From Nitrosomonadaceae bacterium (GTDB lineage Bacteria > Pseudomonadota > Gammaproteobacteria > Burkholderiales > Nitrosomonadaceae): 54,776 nucleotides of DNA. Within the stretch, counting starts at the first letter, position 1, and every line of letters begins with the position of its first letter. Positions 50,190 to 54,776 of this stretch are shown in pieces. Location: contig CAKKRO010000170.1 in assembly GCA_919902625.1 (NCBI GenBank), positions 1 through 54,776 of the forward strand, in the 5' to 3' direction. The notes beneath the pieces were generated by a model that saw nothing but the letters and a program-made list of their open reading frames with translations, made no database searches and was not told the DNA's origin. The position numbers and the translations under genes were made by a program.

Positions 50190-52412
50190 ATGATTACCGA
50201 ATTCAAAAAAATTGATTCTCTCTCGCCGTCTGACTTTGAATTTTTTGTCCGCGATGTGTTTGTTGCCGCTGGCTGGAGTGATGCCATCATTACAAAAATC
50301 GGACAAGAATTTCAGCACGGTGACGGCGGTGTTGATATTTTTGCCTATAAAAATAAACGCAAATTTGCTATCGAAGTTAAACAAAGAACAGCGGGAACAA
50401 CAGTTGATGTTAAAGCCTTAAATCAGTTAGTCACGGGTGCAAAACTCACTAATGTCGTCAATATGATTTTAGTGACCAATTCGTATTTCACCTCTGAGGT
50501 GAAAGTACGAGCGTTAAGACTTGGAGTCGAGCTACTTGATCGTGACGGTTTACAGAACTTGTGGATTGAAAAGCATTCTGAAATCGGACGGCAAATCCAG
50601 CCCAGAACATACCAAGAAACCGTTATTCAAGACAGCTTGACGCGCTTTAACGCAGGGCAGATTCGTTTGTTAATCGAAATGGCAACAGGGTTGGGGAAAA
50701 CCTACACCGTTGCCCATTTGTTAAAGCAGATATTGCAACAGGGCAAAGTTAAGCGTGTGCTGTTCTTGGCGCATCAGGTCGAAATACTATTGCAATCGGT
50801 TACCGCCTTCAAAAACGTTTTGGGTATTGGCACTTACTCGTTTTCGGCCTGTTTTGGTGGGGCTGACCCAGAGCAAACCGATTTTGTGTTTGGAAGTTTC
50901 GATACGCTATTTAGCAAAATCTCCACGCTGGAAAAAGAAACTTTTGACGTGATAGTAGTTGATGAAGCTCATCACACCCCAGCCAGAACTTATGCCACAG
51001 TCGTCGAGCATTTTCATCCAAAATTATTGATAGGCCTGACCGCAACGCCATTTCGTGAGGATAACAAAGACGTACTAGCATTTTTTGGTGGTGCAGCAGG
51101 GCATGTGGGCAAGTATGATTTAGCATGGGCATTGCGCCATAACAAACTGGCATTTCCAAAGTATTTGGTTTTGCTCGATGACTTGGATCAATCGCGTATA
51201 GACCAACTGAATCATGGCATGTCGATTAGCGATTTAGACCAACGACTTTTTCTGCATAAAAAAGATGAAGAGGTTGTCCGCATCATAGAAAAAACTGTAC
51301 ACGACAAACAAATCCCCAATCTCAAGGGTATTGTTTTTTGTCGCAGCATCCAACACATAACTTATCTGATCCAGTTTTTCCCGCCGGGCAGCGCGACTTT
51401 TGTGCATTCTCAAATGAGTGATTCACAACGCTGGCAAAACATCCGCGATTTTCGTGAAGGAAATTATCGTTATATTCTGGTGCGAGATTTATTCAACGAA
51501 GGTATTGATATTCCAGAAACCAATCTGCTGGTTTTTATGCGCTACACGGGATCACATACGATATGGTTGCAACAACTAGGCCGGGGGCTACGCAAAACAC
51601 CCAACAAAGATTACGTTCATGTATTGGATTTTGTTGGTTCATTGGAGCGTCTAAACGAAGTGCATCAACTCAGCAAAAGCGTAAAGCACATTCCCATTGA
51701 AAAAGAAAATTGGGAGCCGCGCGATAAAAAAGAAACCGTGCATAACTCTTCGTTGGAAGTGAGCTATAGCCAATCTGCCGCGCAAGTTTTGCAACTTATA
51801 GAAGAGTTGCAATATCGATTGAAATCACGAATGCAGGTAATTGAGGTGCTACGAAGATACTACGAGGAAAACAATCGTATCCCCGAATTGAATGAGATAG
51901 AGAGCGCATTGATTGATGTTACCGCTGACCAAATCGCTACACATTTTGATTCGTATTTTGGCTATTTGGAATCAGCATTAACTGGTCAATATGATCAAGG
52001 GGAATTTCGTGCCTTATGCTTGGATTACGCGCGACATTTTTATCAACAAGATCGCATCTGCCCCAGCTATCGAGCGATTAGCTTTGCCAAGCAGCATAAC
52101 GGCTTGCTTGCCTGCACCGAGGCTGAAATTAAATTTTTGTTGGGCGACGAAAGAAAGTTGGAAAGTCTTTTATCCCAAAATACCATTCACCACGATCAAC
52201 AAGCCGCATCCAAACTTGCCGATACAATGCTGACCATTAACGCACCGCTTGCTGAAATCAATGAAGAATCATTACTCATTGATAAATATGTCAACATTGT
52301 TAAAACGCGACAAGATTTATTGAGCCTTTCTCCTGAAGAGCGGGCAGAAATTAAACGTATATTTAATTCAGAATTTCGTTTTCTCAGTTGTTTGCAAAAA
52401 ACAGCAAAGTAA
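50190..52412 (+). CDS. Mrr-like PD-(D/E)xK nuclease fused to an SF2 (ResIII/DEAH) helicase; putative defence effector
   Basis: N-terminal LSPSDFE...GDGGVDI...EVKQR...LVTNSYFT...ELLD (Mrr_cat-like). Helicase motifs PRTYQ, MATGLGKT, DEAHH, TATP, FNEGIDIP and QQLGRGLR. Confidence 0.88.
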   Translation: MITEFKKIDSLSPSDFEFFVRDVFVAAGWSDAIITKIGQEFQHGDGGVDIFAYKNKRKFAIEVKQRTAGTTVDVKALNQLVTGAKLTNVVNMILVTNSYFTSEVKVRALRLGVELLDRDGLQNLWIEKHSEIGRQIQPRTYQETVIQDSLTRFNAGQIRLLIEMATGLGKTYTVAHLLKQILQQGKVKRVLFLAHQVEILLQSVTAFKNVLGIGTYSFSACFGGADPEQTDFVFGSFDTLFSKISTLEKETFDVIVVDEAHHTPARTYATVVEHFHPKLLIGLTATPFREDNKDVLAFFGGAAGHVGKYDLAWALRHNKLAFPKYLVLLDDLDQSRIDQLNHGMSISDLDQRLFLHKKDEEVVRIIEKTVHDKQIPNLKGIVFCRSIQHITYLIQFFPPGSATFVHSQMSDSQRWQNIRDFREGNYRYILVRDLFNEGIDIPETNLLVFMRYTGSHTIWLQQLGRGLRKTPNKDYVHVLDFVGSLERLNEVHQLSKSVKHIPIEKENWEPRDKKETVHNSSLEVSYSQSAAQVLQLIEELQYRLKSRMQVIEVLRRYYEENNRIPELNEIESALIDVTADQIATHFDSYFGYLESALTGQYDQGEFRALCLDYARHFYQQDRICPSYRAISFAKQHNGLLACTEAEIKFLLGDERKLESLLSQNTIHHDQQAASKLADTMLTINAPLAEINEESLLIDKYVNIVKTRQDLLSLSPEERAEIKRIFNSEFRFLSCLQKTAK

Positions 52413-52427
52413 TTTAGATCAACGCAA

Positions 52428-54563
52428 ATGAATGATGATCCCGAAGTAGATATTTCAGAATATACCGAAGTGCTTCTGTCCAGTCTCATTCTGCCAGATC
52501 ATTACGTAAAACTGATTAAGCGAATGAACAGTGCTTTCAACTACTCAGGATATGCAGGCGCTTCTTTTACGGTAGAAACAGTGGGGAATATTTTGCAACT
52601 TGCACCGCATCAAGTTGCAAAATATCCGGGGGTCGGGAAAAAATACGTTGATACATTGATTGCGTTTAAAAAAGAATTGCCATCGTTTCTGAACATCACA
52701 AAACAAAAGGCAGCGATTATAGAATTGCCCCCGTTAATTACGCTTTTACCAACACAACTAGAAACACCAATAGCACAGTTGGCGTTTCCAGCACAATATC
52801 AAAAGCTCATAAAAAGAATTTCAGTGGTAGCAGTCCACGTAGTCACGGTTCAAGACCTCATTAACCTCGACCCAACTAGCTTTGCAGAATTACCTACTGT
52901 AGGTAAGCTCTATGTTCAGAATTTGATTGAGCTGAAAAAACAATTACCTGACCTGTTGCGGGCGCAAGCGAAAAAATTCGAATCATTCAACTCAATTGAA
53001 TTGAATGAGATAGACAATATCCTCATTGAAGATATTGAAAGGTATTTATGGACATTAGATGAAAGGAAAATAGACATTGCGCTTTCTCGCTGGGGATTTA
53101 ATCACAAACATGAGACCCTCCAAGAAGTGGCCAACCGATATGACATCGAAAGGGAGCGAATACGCCAAATCGAAAAGCCTATTAATACCCAATTGGCACT
53201 GCATTTGACAATACAGCCTAAAGCTTTATGGGCAAATATCCGTGCAAATATGGCCGAAGATTTAACAATGTTGTTGCCTAACTTAGCCAAATGTTTTGCT
53301 ACAGATAAACTATTCTACGCCTTTATTGAATTATGTTGCCAAGTTGAAGCAGGCAGCATTAGCAAGATATTCCTTACCAAAATTCGTTCTGAAATTATCG
53401 ACTTGCTGTTTTGCTCTACTCCTTCCCCTGTTGCACAAGAAATTATCATCAATGAACTGATGTCGAATTACGGATACGACAAGGCATCGGCAATACACGG
53501 CATTAAGCAACTCGAGAAATCCAAGAACATTAAGGTAACCGAACAAGGCATTTATCCAATGAAACTTGCTAGAGCCGAGGCCGTGGCTCATATCTTAGCT
53601 TCTCATCCCGAAGGTTTGCCTTGGAAAGATATTGCCAAAATAGTCAATGCAAAGGGATGCTCATCAACACAAATGGATGAGACAAGATCAACTCATGGGT
53701 TCAATGATTCCGAATATATTTATCTATGTGCAAAGGGGACATACCGAAATCTACTCTTTCTTAACCTTGAACAGTTTGACATCCTTGAAATCATGCAACA
53801 TCTGATTGATTATTTACAACAGAAACAAATAACTGCTTCGCATTTGCACGATTATTACTATCAAACAAAAGGTCAACGCTGCGAAATAGAATACTTTACC
53901 TTGCGTCATCTTGTCAGAACGTATGGCGAAGAGTACGGAATCTACTTTGAGGGTAAATCAAATGTGGATAGTGTAAGCCTTGATCCTGATTCAAGCCATA
54001 TCACCCAAGCCGATGTCATTATCAAAGTGCTTAATGAATCCAAAGTAGCCATGACCAAGCAAGAAATAGCTGAGCGCTTAAAGAGCAAAAGCGTGGGACA
54101 TGCCAGTTTCTACCTAAACAATTTGAGAGAAGAAGGCAAGGTAGTACGCGTTGATAAAATGGTCTACACCACACCTGAAAAAGCCTTCAGCAATATCGAC
54201 ACCAATGCAGTCATGCAGGTTATACGGGAGATTTTAAACGTAAAGAATGTCATCGTTGAGGCAGACGTATTTCGGGAATACGTCAATATGGAACTGAATT
54301 TAAGCTACTCAAAATACATCTATGCCGCCCTACTCGACACCCAGTTAAAAGAATTGGGATGGTATCGCCATAACATGTTATTCAGCAAAAGCCCGATACC
54401 ATACAAAAACTTGTTGGATATGTGTAAACAATTATGTAATCCGAAGTTGCCCAATGACGAGAACGCTAAAATTCTTCAACAAGCAGTGTGGTTGAGTGAT
54501 GCAGTAACCACAACGGTAATTCAACAGTGGAGACGGCATTTAATGACACATGTACCAGATTGA
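52428..54563 (+). CDS. Multi-domain protein: two RNAP alpha-CTD-like repeats, sigma70 region-4-like HTH and winged helices
   Basis: Repeats aa ~13-85 and ~110-174 (TVxD/NxxxL...PGVGKK / PTVGKL). aa ~207-256 LDERKIDIALSRWG...ETLQEVANRYDIERERIRQIEK resembles sigma70 r4. Later wHTH-like segments. It starts 15 bp after the helicase stop. Confidence 0.8.
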   Translation: MNDDPEVDISEYTEVLLSSLILPDHYVKLIKRMNSAFNYSGYAGASFTVETVGNILQLAPHQVAKYPGVGKKYVDTLIAFKKELPSFLNITKQKAAIIELPPLITLLPTQLETPIAQLAFPAQYQKLIKRISVVAVHVVTVQDLINLDPTSFAELPTVGKLYVQNLIELKKQLPDLLRAQAKKFESFNSIELNEIDNILIEDIERYLWTLDERKIDIALSRWGFNHKHETLQEVANRYDIERERIRQIEKPINTQLALHLTIQPKALWANIRANMAEDLTMLLPNLAKCFATDKLFYAFIELCCQVEAGSISKIFLTKIRSEIIDLLFCSTPSPVAQEIIINELMSNYGYDKASAIHGIKQLEKSKNIKVTEQGIYPMKLARAEAVAHILASHPEGLPWKDIAKIVNAKGCSSTQMDETRSTHGFNDSEYIYLCAKGTYRNLLFLNLEQFDILEIMQHLIDYLQQKQITASHLHDYYYQTKGQRCEIEYFTLRHLVRTYGEEYGIYFEGKSNVDSVSLDPDSSHITQADVIIKVLNESKVAMTKQEIAERLKSKSVGHASFYLNNLREEGKVVRVDKMVYTTPEKAFSNIDTNAVMQVIREILNVKNVIVEADVFREYVNMELNLSYSKYIYAALLDTQLKELGWYRHNMLFSKSPIPYKNLLDMCKQLCNPKLPNDENAKILQQAVWLSDAVTTTVIQQWRRHLMTHVPD

Positions 54564-54776
54564 TTTTGAGCCTGTCGTAGCCGAAAGTGTCAGTTTCGAT
54601 TTTAAATTTCCTGCGTCTGACATCTACCCATTTTTGCCAGTCTCAAAGTTAAGATACCAATCTTACCTAGTAAGCCGTTATGTTATAAAGCATCAAAGGA
54701 GCATCAAAACTGTCAGATTCGATTGATTTACAAGATTCCGCCACCTTTCATCTCATCAAACAAACGAGAAGAGTGA

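Noticed and set aside
182-53591. Numerous 60-200 aa ORFs antisense to or nested in the called genes (e.g. 35731-36339, 27443-27913, 43924-44391, 18740-19006)
   Set aside because: They are shadow ORFs of well-supported genes and have no recognisable motifs.
52428-54563. Calling the 711-aa protein a sigma factor or rpoA
   Set aside because: It has no sigma region 2/3 and no alpha N-terminal domain. Only the isolated DNA-contacting modules are present.
54564-54776. Possible IS end or REP remnant (TGAGCCTGTCGTAG; TGTCAG/CTGACA) after the last gene
   Set aside because: The matches are too short, no transposase is visible and the window ends here.
1-54776. CRISPR array, tRNA, rRNA, integrase or autonomous transposase
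   Set aside because: None was recognised by eye. The only repeats found are the dispersed MITE-like elements.

Overview
Chromosomal window from a betaproteobacterium. Gene content, gene order and an AT-leaning composition suggest the genus Nitrosomonas (inference, not a database result). Most of it is housekeeping: mutL, rpiA-phoU, a type IV minor pilin/PilY1 operon, thiO-like oxidase, ispH, a type I-beta DAHP synthase, regBA, glyA-nrdR-ribD, clpSA, csp, icd, pntAAB, and sulfate assimilation genes (cysI-DUF934-cysH-cysD-cysN, cysB, cysK-cysE). It also carries c-di-GMP/phosphorelay genes, several of them decayed, a fused GltD-like/PyrK-like (Nfn-like) flavo-iron-sulfur oxidoreductase, and an RTX-type secreted protein. 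Two families of short non-autonomous palindromic repeats (MITE-like) are present, with 3 and 2 copies. The best candidate for an undescribed system is the AT-rich two-gene operon at 50190-54563. It pairs an Mrr-like nuclease/SF2 helicase fusion with a 711-aa protein built from two RNA polymerase alpha-CTD-like repeats, a sigma70 region-4-like HTH and winged helices. This fits an anti-phage module with an RNA polymerase decoy as sensor and a nuclease-helicase as effector. No rRNA, tRNA or CRISPR array was seen.
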